Source: Fistulifera solaris (Eukaryota). Taken from it: a DNA stretch of 64,000 nucleotides. Below the pieces are notes generated by a model. It ran no database searches, was not told the origin of the DNA, and worked only from the letters and a program-made list of their open reading frames with translations. The DNA lies in assembly GCA_030295235.1 (NCBI GenBank), contig AP026126.1, forward strand, positions 310,001-374,000, in the 5' to 3' direction. Positions within the stretch are counted from its first letter, which is position 1. The number at the start of each line of letters is the position of its first letter. Made by a program: the position numbers and the translations under genes. This document shows positions 1 to 13,060 of the stretch, one piece after another.

Positions 1-640
1 AGGCACCTCTTCAGGTTGCCGCAGCGGTAACGCGAGAAGATTTTTTCGTAGGAAACTGAGGTCGGACGGTGGACAAACGTAGACTGTAACGTGAAGTAAG
101 TAATAAGTGTAGGCTTCGTTTCATCTCCAACTCCTCAAAGGAAATTATAATCCCAAAATAAATACACAACTATCGCCTTTTGTTTGTGTTGCAGTTCTGT
201 TGCGCTCTACATTTAAACAAAGTTACCCTAATATTTATTCCAAATTTTCTAAAACTGTGCTGAGTAAGTTGTCCAATAGCATTGAGTACCGTACCTGGTA
301 GCATCTGCAATACAAAACTCAATTAATGATTTTAGGCTACGGTACATGCGGCTTCGTCGCCACGACTGCATTTCAGTCATGAATAAGAACAACGCATTTC
401 TCATTCTATTGCATTATTTTAGCGTCTTGTCAATCACTACTGTTACTTTTTGGTACTCCGTAGAACAATTAAGCAACATTTTTATAATGACGGATAGTGG
501 CCGCACTATTCCTGGCTATTCCGGATCCGGTGAGTCCAAAAAGCGGGTACAATGCTTATTCTCGATGGCATCGATCCGAGTGATCATGTGTCGCATACCA
601 GTGGCATTTTGTCTCATATGCCCGTTTTTTAGATGACGGC

Positions 641-1281
641 ATGACATTGTATTGTAAGGCTGGGCCGGATGGTAAAACGATAGGAGACTGCCCCTTCTGC
701 CATGCCATCCGGCTCGTTTTAGAAGAATTGCACCTCGCCTATCAACTGATTCCGGCGACTCCGGAAACAAAGCCTTCTTGGCTATTGGATCATTTTGAAG
801 GGAAAATGCCCGCGCTACGTCACGGGAACTCCTGTTACACCGAAAGTTCCGTGATCATCGACTACCTGCTTGGTCTTTCCCACAACCAACTTTCCCAGGC
901 CAATAGCAACGAAGCTGCGAATGCGGGCCTTTTCCAGCCATTGCAAAGTACTTAAAACATAGACCCGACAATGACGAGGAAGATAGGACGTTGCGAAGCA
1001 AATTGAAAACTATTTTGCAAAGGATGGATGCGAATTTGGCAGGGACATCATTTTGGAACGGCGAGAGCTTCACGGAAACGGATTGTAAGATTGCACCGCA
1101 ACTGTATCACTTACAATGTGGCGTTGCCGCCTTCCAGAAGGATATCGATTTGGAGGAGTATGCAAATCTCTCTGGGTACATGAAAAATCTTTTTGATCGG
1201 GAATCCTTTCAATCAACTGTGTATCCCGCAGAAACAGTCGTATGGGGATGGTCCAACGCACGGAAGTGCACTGAACACTAA
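641..1281 (+). CDS. DHAR: Dehydroascorbate reductase-like glutathione S-transferase (DHAR/CLIC/omega type); one homopolymer frameshift
   Basis: N-terminal GDCPFC active-site motif, KPSWLL..FEGKMPAL and TESSVIIDYL. C-terminal GST domain has DCKIAPQLYHL and VVWGW. Adding one T to the T-run at 930-933 joins ORF 641-955 to ORF 991-1281 (GLFPAIAKYLK). Confidence 0.85.
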
Positions 1282-1494
1282 GTTTACGCCATTGATAATC
1301 AAGGACCGCTTTTTCATAGTCATTTCCCCTCCCCTGTTTCTATTGTTCAAAGCAATAAATTTTTTATTATGTGACAATCATCGCCGTTATGAGTCTAGAG
1401 CTTCTGAGCACCCCAAGTAGACCCCTAGCGAAATGATTTGCTTGTTAACAACCTATTGCACGATTACTTTACAACGGTGATAATCACCGCAAAC

Positions 1495-2603
1495 TCACAT
1501 AAACTTTGATTCAAGTAGCCTAACATGTTCCATGTTGCGCAACTTATCCTCTTCGAGCATGGCTATTCTCTCCCTTAGCTTAGTCACTTCCTTTTTGTAA
1601 TTGCAAGCAAGTGCCTTTAAAGATACTTTGCGGGCCTTCTTCTCGTCTTTACATTGCACGCGAGAAACTTTTGCCCGCAATGCGCCAATCATTATCTCTG
1701 ATTCAAAAAGTTGGGTTTTTAAATCGGTGATCGTGTTTATCAAGTCTCTGTTGCTTCTTACTTGATTAGTCACCTGACTGTGCGCCTCATCCAAGCCACT
1801 TGTTCTTTCGTCTAAACAAGACTGAAGCATCTTTACAGTTGCTTCGAGATCATTCAGTTTGTCGGATTTGAGAGCGATTGAAGAAGCGCTGCTTCCAGCT
1901 GTTGTTCCTTCTCCTTGTACTCGAACTCTTTGTTAGCTATATGCGTTTCCATCTGGACCACCTTGCGTTCGAAAAACTGATTTCGTTTTTGAGCTTCCTC
2001 TAATTGAGAGGCAGCTGATTTGAGTTTTGCTTCGACCAGTTGTACCTGTCCCTCTGCTGTAAACGCTCGGTTTCGCATCACATCGGCTTCCTCCTCCAGT
2101 TTGTCGTTTTTCAATTCCATTCGCGCAATCTCCCTTAGAAGTGCTTGTTTTTCTTCATCTAAACGTTGCATTTCCGCGGTGTGAGCGTGAGTTTCATCGA
2201 GATGCTCGCTTGACATTTGGGCGGATATTTGTTCCAGTTGCAGTTTTCGTGGGCCCTCACGAGGTTCATACAAAGTAATCGTTGCGTCCCTTGCCTTTAT
2301 CTGTTCCTGCACCTGTACCTGTTCCCCTTTTAACTTGTTGAGCTGGATTGAGTTCGCGAGTCGTTCATGTTCTGACAGACGCTGTTGTTGTTGGGCAGAT
2401 TCGGGAAGGTGATTTGTAAAGGACAGTCGCACTTTGGCGTCATTTGAATAATGGTCGCTATGATCGTCATGCATGCAGTACTTTTGAGATAAACTCATCA
2501 CATGACAGTCTGTTGATACTTTTTCGGCATCTACGATAGGTGTCGCTGATGATGATGATGAGGCTTCCGTGAAAGACGACATACTGTGACATGGGGAAGA
2601 CAT
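1495..2603 (-). CDS. Hypothetical coiled-coil protein (two ORFs joined by a 1-nt frameshift near 1865)
   Basis: E/Q/K-rich heptad pattern in both ORFs. One extra A restores ...LSKSDKLNDLEATVKMLQ. Confidence 0.6.
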
Positions 2604-3169
2604 GATAGAAACGGAACCGATGCAATACGGTTTCTTAGCAGTGCACAGCCATCACACTCCCAGCCAAAACCACGCTCAACTCAAGTGGAGATCTATTCTG
2701 TGAAGATGCTTTGGAAAATAGTTTGTAATCAAATAAAAAGCATCTTCGGGGGGACGATCTTCATGTTCTAAAGAAAAAAAAAGTAAAAAATAATCGCTCG
2801 GACATAGTAAAAAAATCTAATCGGAGCTTGGGGTGTCAATCTCACTGTAGCGTCAACCGAGCGGCATTGTTTCTGATTCTGAAAATCGTCATAAGATATG
2901 ACATAATAATACGGAGTAGTCATTATGTCTGCAACACAGACACGTGAAGGTTTGGGGTTTGCGCCCCGTTAAGACAAACGGAAAATTGATGATTACCTTT
3001 GCTTCATTTTCAAGATGATGATAACGTCTATCATTTGCTAGTGGCAATGGTAGCGAGGCTGATATAGTTATCATTCTGTGTTCTCATTTTAGAAAGGGAA
3101 ATCCGTGAGAAAAGAGAAGTAGTACTCTAAAAGCTAATCAGCGAGGCGACTTTTTGATGACAAAAGCTA

Positions 3170-4609
3170 GTGCGCAAGAGACTCGCCGCGTCTCTCCACG
3201 CCTACCCTTCCCGACCTCGGTTTACATCTTCAATGGATTTTATGATGACCCAGAACACGCCCTTGGTAACAGCAGCTTGCTACAATTTTTACGCGATTAT
3301 TCCAATTCGCTGCTCCATGAAATACGACTGGACTTTTGTAGTGCGAGAAGCCGAAGAAGTCCTTGGCGTCAAGAAATGGAGAGAGCACCGGCTGTATTCG
3401 CGTACCTTGTCGTCGGGAATCATCCAACCGGTATGGCATCATCTGAACGAACAAATAGACATTTCGGAATTTTCCATAGACGCTTACGAGTCCATGATGC
3501 TTCGTTTCTTTGTCGGGTCCGATGACGACTCAGCAACTCTGTGGCAACAGATGCCCATCCATCCTAGCAAACTCATCCGAATTGCCAAATTGCCGCAGCC
3601 TGATAAACAGCTATTGCCGTTGAATTTCATCGTCATTGAATACTCAGATAAGACACTCCGGACTACATTCCCACTTTACCGGCTCCTCGAGAGCAAGGGC
3701 AAGAAAGAAGAAATAGAAAGTCTACTTAACATCAAATCAGAAGGTGAACTCGACGATGACTACTTTGGTCGCTTTAAAGACAACGCCTTCAATGCGCTGG
3801 ATCAAGTCTCAGCGAAGGAAACAAAAGTTATGGTGGATGAAGATGACTTGCTTTTTCCGCAAATAGACAGAACATCTCCAATTAAACCTAGTCACCATAG
3901 CCACGCCGAAATGGACGAATCGCTCGTTCTAAGTTTTCCTATAAAGCAGCAAAGACAGGCATTATTGTTACAAGCAGAAATCGAAGCCCAGAGGGAGGCT
4001 TTATTGAACGACATCACAGAATTAGAAGCTGAAAATCTTCTTATGAGTAACTGGGAGACACAGCTGACCACGAAGCGTGACCAGCTACGCCAAGTCCTTG
4101 AGGCGGTAGAGACCGAACGTCAACACGGACTCGAAACCGCAGTGAAGCTTCGAACACAACAAATCCGCTTAGTATGTGAGCTGCAACAAATATATCCCAT
4201 CACTGTTTATGTTGGTGGACCGGGCGACGCTCGTCATCGCTTTCGCGTTCGCGATTTAGAATTTCCGTCGACATTCCAAGATATGTTGATGGCGCCAGAG
4301 GACGAATTATCAGCAGTGCTCGGGTATACTTGCCACCTTGTACATATGATCAGCAAGTATCTGTCCGTTCAGTTACGGTACCGGCTTATTTGTCATAATT
4401 CCAGGTCAGGTGTACAAGACGATCGAGCTTTGCTTTATCCTCTCTTCTACGGGAGAAATGTCGACCGAGAGCAATTTGAACGTGGTTTTACTCTTCTGCA
4501 ACGTAATGTTGACTGCCTCTGTCGAGAGAGGGATATAGTTGTTGCACCAAAGCTCCACATATTAGGAAAGCTCAAGCGGCTGTACGAGCACGTTATCGAC
4601 GGCTACTGA
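3170..4609 (+). CDS. UVRAG/Vps38/Atg14-family class III PI3K complex subunit (true start uncertain)
   Basis: A coiled coil followed by a BARA2-like region (ELSAVLGYTCHLVHMISKYLSVQLRY...LYPLF...FERGFTLLQRNV), typical of UVRAG/Vps38. Confidence 0.75.
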   Translation: MRKRLAASLHAYPSRPRFTSSMDFMMTQNTPLVTAACYNFYAIIPIRCSMKYDWTFVVREAEEVLGVKKWREHRLYSRTLSSGIIQPVWHHLNEQIDISEFSIDAYESMMLRFFVGSDDDSATLWQQMPIHPSKLIRIAKLPQPDKQLLPLNFIVIEYSDKTLRTTFPLYRLLESKGKKEEIESLLNIKSEGELDDDYFGRFKDNAFNALDQVSAKETKVMVDEDDLLFPQIDRTSPIKPSHHSHAEMDESLVLSFPIKQQRQALLLQAEIEAQREALLNDITELEAENLLMSNWETQLTTKRDQLRQVLEAVETERQHGLETAVKLRTQQIRLVCELQQIYPITVYVGGPGDARHRFRVRDLEFPSTFQDMLMAPEDELSAVLGYTCHLVHMISKYLSVQLRYRLICHNSRSGVQDDRALLYPLFYGRNVDREQFERGFTLLQRNVDCLCRERDIVVAPKLHILGKLKRLYEHVIDGY

Positions 4610-4650
4610 AACACTGATTCTGGAAAGTTGTGGGAATACGAAGGATAGTT

Positions 4651-7600
4651 TTAGCATGGAGGATCAGCCCAATACTCTTTCCATTGCTCATCGTGGTTGT
4701 CGCTAGTCTGTGCCTCTTGATCTTCTGTTCCACTTTCAGTTGGTTGCGAAATCTCCGGTGCTTCCTCCGGTGAAACAATTTCTTGACTCGGTGAGAGTGA
4801 AGTGAGGTCATGGTATTCCGCCGTGTTAGGTGCGAGTGACGCCCGAAACTGGCTTTTGCTCAAAAAGGACTTCCGCATTGTGTCTTCTTCCTCTTTTGAA
4901 GCGTAGCCAAGCCAGGCTCGTCGATCTGAACCCTCCTCGTGGCCATCATCTTTAGGTTCCTCCTTACGAGACATAACCTCAAGACTATCAGCTCGGATTG
5001 TTCGCCATTTTGCATTGCAATGCAGCGATCTTACACACTCGATTCGCCGAACGTAAATGTTGGGGATGCTTATTTCATGAGAATCGCGCTCAAACCGGAG
5101 CTTGTTCACCCTACTGAGAGCAGTCTGGCGGAATCGAGCTATACTCGTCAAGCGGTCCTTCAAGACATTGTAACATGTACCTTGAGGGAGAATCATCAGT
5201 AAAGTTGTTAGAAGCTTAAATAACATTGTTCCGTTTCCTTCGCCTTCAGCGTCGACATCCTTCTCCAGCATGCGGACGTGCAAATGCCTTTAAACAATTT
5301 AGGGATGAGAAATGAATAGCTATAAAGAAGGAGCGACTACTTGTCTACAAACTCACCGAAAGAAGGGGCGTTCTAGCATTTCGACAATTTTATCAATCTC
5401 TAGCAGATTGATGAGATGAATATCAAGCGGGTTAATTGCATTAAGAAATTCTGAAGCTGTTCGATAAGCTCCGCACCACAAACATAAAGACACAGTTGCC
5501 CCAATATTATGTGAGAAGGAATGCAGCATTATATGAAACAATCTGCACCGTTGTTTATCTTCTTCGGTGACAGGGTCGCTGCAGATTGAATCTTTAAGAA
5601 CATCACGTAAATGCTTGGCCTCTTGTGCATGTATTAATACGTGACTCATGTTTTGTACAAACGACGAAACAAAGCGAAGGCCTGCGGACTCGTCCTGGAT
5701 GTCCTGGTTGTCAAATTCTACGGCTTTGGATCTGCGGCGAACAAATCGCTCAATTTCAACTGAAAATGACACAAAAACAAATGCTGGTGGTTGGAGTGTA
5801 CACATGTATGTAAGAACATTGGAGAAGTTGGCCAAGAGATGCTCGTGAATTGAATGCAGGTCAATCAAAGCCGAAAAGACTCGCCGGTCTCTTGATTTGA
5901 GCGATCGATTGTCTTGATCGAGGACCTGGAGCGCATACTCTACGTTCGACGGTGACATGATGTACTCAGATTCGTCCCTCATCTCGTCAACGTGAGATGA
6001 AGAAAAAGTTTGCCAAGTGGAGGGGTCTTCTTCGGGTACGGGAATGGTGACTTTTGCCAAGACTTCCAAACTCTTTTCGACGGTTATTGTTGAAGGATTG
6101 TCATCCAACTGATTGATAATGGCATATATGAATTCTCGTGCGTACTAGATGATAGAAAAATCATTAAGTTTGAGAATGAAAAAATCCGAATCGCTTTTCA
6201 CAATTGAAAACGATGCTTCCGCGCAAGTCTCTTTTCAGGTAAGACGCACGCTACATCAACTTACCTCAGCTTTCAGGGTCGTCGGAACAACATGCTCGTA
6301 AAGAACTGTTACCCAGTCTAGCGCGCAAAGTCTCGATTGTATCATTGCTTCATCATTTCGGTCCTTCGTGTCAGAGCTAGCGCGAAACCAGCCTGGAGCT
6401 TCAATCCCATTGCCATCGGTTGTGACATCGGTCCTATACGGTGAACGTTCCAATGCCGGTGGATTCTTTGCGACAAGGCCACCTGGAGAATCGAGTTCTT
6501 CCCTCAAAGCAACAATAAAGGCATCCAAATGCTGAATATATGACGCTCCTTCTCGACGGACCGCCTCTTGTAGGTGCTTATTGGTCTGCTCGGCTAGTGC
6601 TCTAGTTGTCTGATCCGGTAGAAATGTTTCCTTCGTAATACCACTGGCTTGGTAACTGTCTCCAATACTGTTGGCGTTGGACGACAATAAGCCTAAGTAC
6701 TCAAGGTGGCACGGAAATCAAAACACCATTATCAACGTACCATAGCAAGATTCCCGGCAAAAGATGCGGAACGGAATTCCTCACGGATACAGAGGCCATG
6801 GTAATCGCGCTAGGCTTTTCCGCATCGTCTTTAATATCGTTACTGGACTCCTCATGCTCGAAGGTCATGTGTGCCTTGACGATCCGCGACATCCAGTACA
6901 TGGCGACTTTGCGAACAAATGGATCCGGATGCTCCATTCTGTCAAGAAGAGAAGCAAACATTAGACGGTTTAGGGAGCTCTTTGGAGAACAACGACACAC
7001 CCACTCACGTTGTTACCAGACTCTGTAGAATTTTGTCAAAATCAACGCGACTGTTACGGACATCTTCGTCGTCACCAACAGTATCGATAGCTTGATCCGA
7101 TGGTGAATGCACGGTAAGAAGTTTCGGTAGTACGGATTGCAGGAAGGCCAGGGCCGACTGCCGTAACGCTACGGTAGGGTCGGCCACCATATCGAAAATA
7201 CCCCCGAGGAATAAATGCAAGTACGGCAAGACGGGTGATCCCACCAATTTCTCATTCAATTCTTGTAACCAAGTCAAAGTCAATAATTTGGTGGCTTTGT
7301 TCCGTATGTGCACGAAACGTGCAAAGACGGGGACACAAGCATCCACCGAAAATGTTCCCGAATTCATGGCCGCCAAGATGATTTCCTTGAGTTTCTTGTC
7401 CAACAATTCCGCCCCACTGCGGACATCCGCATCGACATCGGCATAAAGGGATCGCAAGATTTCAAATAGTATGAAAAAATGCTGCGTCGCCAAATTCGGT
7501 AAAACTTTGACGACATTAAACAAGCTTTCCGTCGCGTAATAACGGACCCGCTGCGAATGATCCTGACACGCATGTACGACACTCGCCAGTATCAAATCTT

Positions 7601-8402
7601 GACAATCGTCCGAAACTTTTTTCTTGATGCCTATCGCACACGCCGCCAACGCCACGACACCCCCCTTCCGGGCATCTTCACTCGTCGATCGCACATAATC
7701 ATCCGACAGTAACAACAAGATGGCCCGGACACGATCCCATTCATTTTGGAGCGCCAAACTCCGGACTACTTTTTCAATTTCCATGGCCGCCAAACGTCGT
7801 CGTTCGTAGCGTTTGTGGGCTAAACTCACTAATACCGCCGGACTGATGGATTGCTGGGAGGATCGTTTGAGAGATTCGCGTGTTTCGGCTGTCATGGGAT
7901 CATTATCGTCCTCGTTGTGGGCCAATTTCATCATGTCAGAGTCAAACAAGGACATGGATTCCAACTGTTGTCGCACATTTAGTAACACATCCGGGAGGAC
8001 CCCCGAACTCAAGTCGCCTGCCGTGCTGGGTGGTCGGGAAGGTGCATCTTGAGACGTCGTATAACTGTTCGAGAGATTGGATAATGTAGGTTTTGATTCT
8101 TTCGATGCTTTCGTGGAAATAGCAGACTTAGTAGTCACTTCTTCCCTATTTTGAAAGACTTCACTGGTCGCTCGAGCTTTGGAGACGACCCCCGACAAGA
8201 CCGCTTTATCCCATTCGTTGTTGTATTCTTCATCTTCGGAAGAAGAAGAGTCGTCGGACGAAGAACTACTAAAGGCGGTCGAATTTTGACGTTGAGTGAC
8301 TTCCATAGCTTCCTCGTGTGAAGTGATATCGTCCTGGAGCGTCAAGGCACTCATTTCTTCCTGAGGAAGGGTATTCGAAGTTTCACTCGACGTCGACGAC
8401 AT
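4651..8402 (-). CDS. VAC14: VAC14, HEAT-repeat scaffold of the PIKfyve/Fab1-Fig4 complex; multi-exon (introns approx. 6939-7008, 6668-6740, 6146-6263, 5289-5356)
   Basis: LAHKRYERRRLAAMEIEKVVR, ARKGGVVALAACAIG, RVRYYATESLFNVVKV and VRSGAELLDKKLKEI. C-terminal Fig4-binding region LLEIDKIVEMLERPFF..LLMILPQGTCYNVLKDRL. The GT-AG junctions traced for the first two introns restore frame. ATG at 8402. Confidence 0.9.
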
Positions 8403-8787
8403 ATCAAATATCAGCAAACGAGGAACAGAAAAAATAATCCGTTTGTGAAAAAAGAAGATAAAACGAATGAAGTTACTTTCAATTGATTGATGATACAGAT
8501 GATAGGACGATAATGACAGTAAAAGATGTTGTGACAAAAAAATGCTGCACTTTCCCAGGTACTGTCCTAGTACTCTATGTTCCATACAACGAACACTCTG
8601 GACTGATGAGTCCCTTTTCACCCAATGTCGCGCAACGATTTTTATCATCGTCGTCGACGCGATGGAGAAAGCATTTTTTTCCATACCTGGTAACAAGCAA
8701 CAACAGAACAAATACAATCACAACGCACTCTCATACTCTCAATTGTTCTCCGTACACACCTTTTTATCATCTTTTTAATTGCGGCTT

Positions 8788-10179
8788 ATGATACCGAAAA
8801 ACATTTCTCGAAAGAATGAACCCAAACGAATATCTCTTTCCTACATTTTGGTTTGCATCATTGCCTTCCTGTTGGGGTGTTTAGCGACGGCTTCCATCCT
8901 ATTAAATATTCAGGCAAGATCGACTTTGCATTCTTCCACCCAATATTCGAAGGAATTCCTTACAGAAACCCGATGTCTCGAAACGACACCCGATAATAAG
9001 AACCCATCCATTCATTCCATATTACAGAATAAACGTCTCTTGATTGCCATTGCCGCGTATGATTTTTCCCAAATTCCCCATCTCGAAGAAGTCTTGGATG
9101 CCTATCACGATGTATGTATCGCGGGCGCGGCCCAAGTCGATGTTGTCATTCATGCGACCGTTCCGTATCCCGTGACTTTGCTGGATCTATGGAATGCCCG
9201 ATTTCCCTGTCCGCACTTTTCGTTACAAATCGTCTTGAAGCCAGCGTCGTTGCGATTGCATTTGGTGGATTGTCATCGACAACTCTTTTATGATCATTTG
9301 CAACAGTATGATCTGTTTATTTATTCTGAAGATGATATTCGGGTGACTCCCACCACGATCGCCACCTACTGCTACGAAACGAAACGTCTCGAACAGTATC
9401 TTACGACGACGACGACTCCAACCAAGTACCAACCCGCCGACTTTAATATCGGAATTGTACGATACGAATACAATTATCCCGCCAATGTCATTATTGATGA
9501 CAAAACGCGTCACGCGACACAAAATGTGACACGAGTCTATTGGGAACATTCGGGATTTCAACGTCCCGTCGTGCCGAATGCGGTCAAGGATGTCCTCGAA
9601 GATGACACATTATTACAACAAAAATACTTTACCATGAGCAATCATCATCAGGGCATGTTCTTGGCGACACGGGAGCTGCTGACTGCGTGGCAAAAACGGT
9701 GCAACTTTCACATTGCCTCCAATCGTCCGGGGAAGGGTGCGCAACCGACCGAGGGGACCCAACGAGTTTGGATGAGTTCGCAAATGTTGTACGGTTGTCG
9801 ACACGGGTGTTGCGTCAAACAATTGTTACCGAAAGATCGTTCGTTTGGGGCTTTAACGGTATTGCATCTGCCCAACAAAAATTACCGTCGGGTCGGGAAA
9901 TATCGGCAACGCGAATTTGCGGATGGGACCGAAGTCTTTCAACAACCGAGTTCCACACTGCTCACGGATATGGAACTGCATTTGGGCATGCGAAAAGTTT
10001 GGCCGCCGGAACCACAGATACCCTACCGAGGCATCCGCATGGTGGATGAAGTCGACCAGCCACGTGACCGGAATGCATTATTGGAGCGTCGTATGAAAGA
10101 ATATCATGATTACGTAGAGCGAGGTGGTGTATTGAGTGACTACGATTTCACTCGAATCGATTTGGTGGAAGAAAGGTAG
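8788..10179 (+). CDS. Type II membrane protein, possible glycosyltransferase-like
   Basis: Uninterrupted 460-aa ORF with a short basic N-tail, a single TM helix (ILVCIIAFLLGCLATASILL), a stem region and a YDLFIYSEDD (DxD-like) motif. Confidence 0.65.
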   Translation: MIPKNISRKNEPKRISLSYILVCIIAFLLGCLATASILLNIQARSTLHSSTQYSKEFLTETRCLETTPDNKNPSIHSILQNKRLLIAIAAYDFSQIPHLEEVLDAYHDVCIAGAAQVDVVIHATVPYPVTLLDLWNARFPCPHFSLQIVLKPASLRLHLVDCHRQLFYDHLQQYDLFIYSEDDIRVTPTTIATYCYETKRLEQYLTTTTTPTKYQPADFNIGIVRYEYNYPANVIIDDKTRHATQNVTRVYWEHSGFQRPVVPNAVKDVLEDDTLLQQKYFTMSNHHQGMFLATRELLTAWQKRCNFHIASNRPGKGAQPTEGTQRVWMSSQMLYGCRHGCCVKQLLPKDRSFGALTVLHLPNKNYRRVGKYRQREFADGTEVFQQPSSTLLTDMELHLGMRKVWPPEPQIPYRGIRMVDEVDQPRDRNALLERRMKEYHDYVERGGVLSDYDFTRIDLVEER

Positions 10180-10225
10180 ATCAATAGTACTAACAAAAAC
10201 AGAGTTTTGTGATTTAATAGAAGGT

Positions 10226-12394
10226 TTATGCAAGCTTTCGGCTTCGACTGACTTTCGTTTTGATACCGGTACTTTCTCCACCATATTTGTGTCCTTCGTC
10301 TTGTCGAACTTCTCGGACCGCACCCTTTCGTCGCACGAGTGCTTTCTTGTACTGCACGCGCTTCTTGACGCGAGGGTTTCTGTTGATTTTCGCCTTGTGA
10401 GCAACCAAACCTCTGTTCTTCAGAATGTGTGAGCTAATGGCACGCTCGCCTTCCACAACCGAATCCATGCGTGGGAATTTCGGTGCAACAGCATAGCGGG
10501 CCTTGCGCTCTGCTTTTGCAATCTTTGATTTCTTGGCGACTTGTTCATAAAATCCCATCTCATCATCACTGTCTCGTTCTGGATCAAAGCTGGCTTGATG
10601 GGACGCATCGTCACTATTCTTATCGAAATCCTTTCCAAGTTGCTCCTCCATCATTTCAAGTCCACGACGTAAAGCATCGTCAGGTTCTTGAGTCTCATCA
10701 ATAATATCAGGGAGTTGAGACGTGTTCTTTCTCGACGTCTTTTGCTCAATAGTATTCAATGTTGCAGCCAACGACTGTCGTGCTGCTTTCTGAATACCTT
10801 CGTCCACCGCTTCAATTTCTCCAAAATCGACAGCTCTCCGCTTGCGGTGATGACCAACTTTCGATTGACTGATCTCAGAATGTCGTAAGCCAAATCTGGC
10901 TTCCGTTTGAACCCGACGCTCTTCTTTTGCAGATTCGTGTGTCGACACTGATTGGTCATCTTCATCCGACGACGCAGTCTCTATCAAATCAGCCGTCTTT
11001 GTCGTGTCTAATTCAGCTTCGTTATCACTGGTAATAATTTGATCCACTGACTCATCGTCAGATTCCGCGGAGTCCTCCTTTTCTGAGTTTGCGTCTACTA
11101 ATTTGGCCGCCTCCGCTATATTCGCTAGCTGCTTCGAAAGCCCCGGTACTTTATTCTCCACATATTCTTCCAATTTGTCCGATAGCGAATTTAGCCTTTG
11201 CAGTCTCGCCATTACCGGGTGGCTTTGAATGAGAGACGATTCCGCATCAAGTTGATCGGAATTCTGATCCTCCTTTTGAGTAAAAGATACATGGTCAAGT
11301 TCAATGCAGAGGAAGCCTGCAACATTGCTTTTGCAAGAAGATACCGCTTTCCGGCGGTAGTAGCACCAACAGCCTGTTGTCACAAAAGTTGAAAGATAAT
11401 GCAATCATGAGTACGAAATCATGTTAAGAATGTTGAAGCCGACCAATCGAACAATGTCACTGTCATGGCATGCTCGTAGGATATATATGGCTTAATCAGT
11501 ATTGTAGCACCACTTTTCTGCCAAAGTATCATAAATGCAAGCATCTATACTCTAGCCTATCATGGGTGCAAACACATCGCACGATTTAAGCGAGCGCAAT
11601 ACTTACATCAGCAGCATCCTTCTCTCCTTCAAAAAGAGCTTTTGCGGCAGGGTTAGTCTTTTCGTCGAATTCTTTTAATGCACCAGAGAAGTAAGAAATA
11701 AGTGGAAGGATCTCAGGGTGTTGTTTGTCAAGAAGCTTTTTTCTCTCCTTGGTTGGGAGTTTGTTGACATCACGGGAAGATGAAAGCTTCTCGATGTCCC
11801 CACTCTGTTTCTTTTCTTCATTCTGTTCTTCTGAATCTGACAATTCGAAATCGTCATCCGACATTTCTTCATAGCGTGCTCGCTGTACTTCCTTCGCAGC
11901 CTCCTCTTCGAGATAAGCATCATCGATCTCTTGACCAATTTCCAAATCAGCAGTGTCACCATGATAATACGCCTTTTATTCCTACCCCAGTTTCGAACAT
12001 CCTGCATTTCTTCCTCTTCTTCTTCTTCATCCGATGAAGACACACTCACTTCCGCATCGTCGTCTGAAGACAAGTCGGATTCCTCCTTCTCACCATCTTG
12101 CAAATCGCTGTCGTCATCGTCGGATGGTTCATCACTACTGCCATCTGTATCATCGTCTCCCCCAAGTCCAAGATCCATGACCGCCTCCTTCTCCTCTTCC
12201 TCCTCACTATCACTTTGCACATAATCAAGTTTCATAAATTCTTCCTCCTTTTGGTTGTGGTAGCGGTCAACTTTGGTGTACATTGGATCATCATCGTCAT
12301 CGTCGCGCGCATTCTTTCGTTCGAGCGTCTGCTTCTTTCCTTTACCAGAGACGGCTTTGTCACCCGTCTTGGCGGTGTTGCGGCGCTTTCCCAT
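10226..12394 (-). CDS. UTP3: Sas10/Utp3 small-subunit processome protein (intron approx. 11390-11605; homopolymer frameshifts)
   Basis: Acidic N-terminus, WGRNK(K)AYY motif after fixing the A-run at 11974-11977, and C-terminal Sas10 domain RAISSHILKNRGLVAHKAKINRNPRVKKRVQYKKALVRRKG...YGGESTGIK. Confidence 0.9.
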
Positions 12395-12803
12395 TCTTCA
12401 AGCTTTTGTCGGGTACTATGGTTGAATAATCACACTTGAATTCATTCCACTTATATTCCATCAACTGGTTTTGTGGCGTTTTTCTTGGAATATTTATTAT
12501 TATTTTTTCTTTTGCGAGTGCGACGATGATTGGAAGCCACGAGAGTGCGGCAACGGACAGACCGGACATGCGGGATTGGAACGAATCCGAAACACGACTT
12601 AAATCGGCTACGTCATTGCGCTTCGTGTAAAGCATTAGACCTTCTGGAGGTGGCTGAGTGTTAACAGCAGCAAGCCACCTAGCTAGGCGTATAATCATGA
12701 TTTTAAGTGGATTCTATGGATCTATCAGTGATCGCTAGGCCTTGCTTCTAAAATGAAAACCATCCAATGCGCAATTCGTTCGTACTTCCGAGCTAAATTT
12801 CCT

Positions 12804-13060
12804 TTACTTGTGCCACGAAGGAGCATCTTGAAACAATCCCTCTTTTTGATAAAAATCTCAACTTTCGAGACGGGAGCCTGTACTTGCGCACTTTGTTGAA
12901 ACGCACCCGTCGTTCGGGGAGCGGCATAAGCAAATACCTGAGGAGCCAGCATGCAGTCGACCATATGTTCCGCTTGTGCCAATTCGGAGGTCATCGCACG
13001 AGCGAGATCCTTCTCAAATGCAGGCATTGCCAACTTGGAGACGATTTGACGAAGTGCCAT
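12804..13060 (-). CDS. Possible small protein of about 85 aa, unknown function
   Basis: ATG at 13060 (MALRQIVSKLAMPAFEK...) with protein-like composition. The end depends on an assumed indel in an A-run near 12845. Confidence 0.3.

Noticed and set aside
8403..8717. N-terminal 105 aa of the 570-aa ORF as part of VAC14
   Set aside because: AT-rich, UTR/promoter-like sequence. The ATG at 8402 is the more plausible start.
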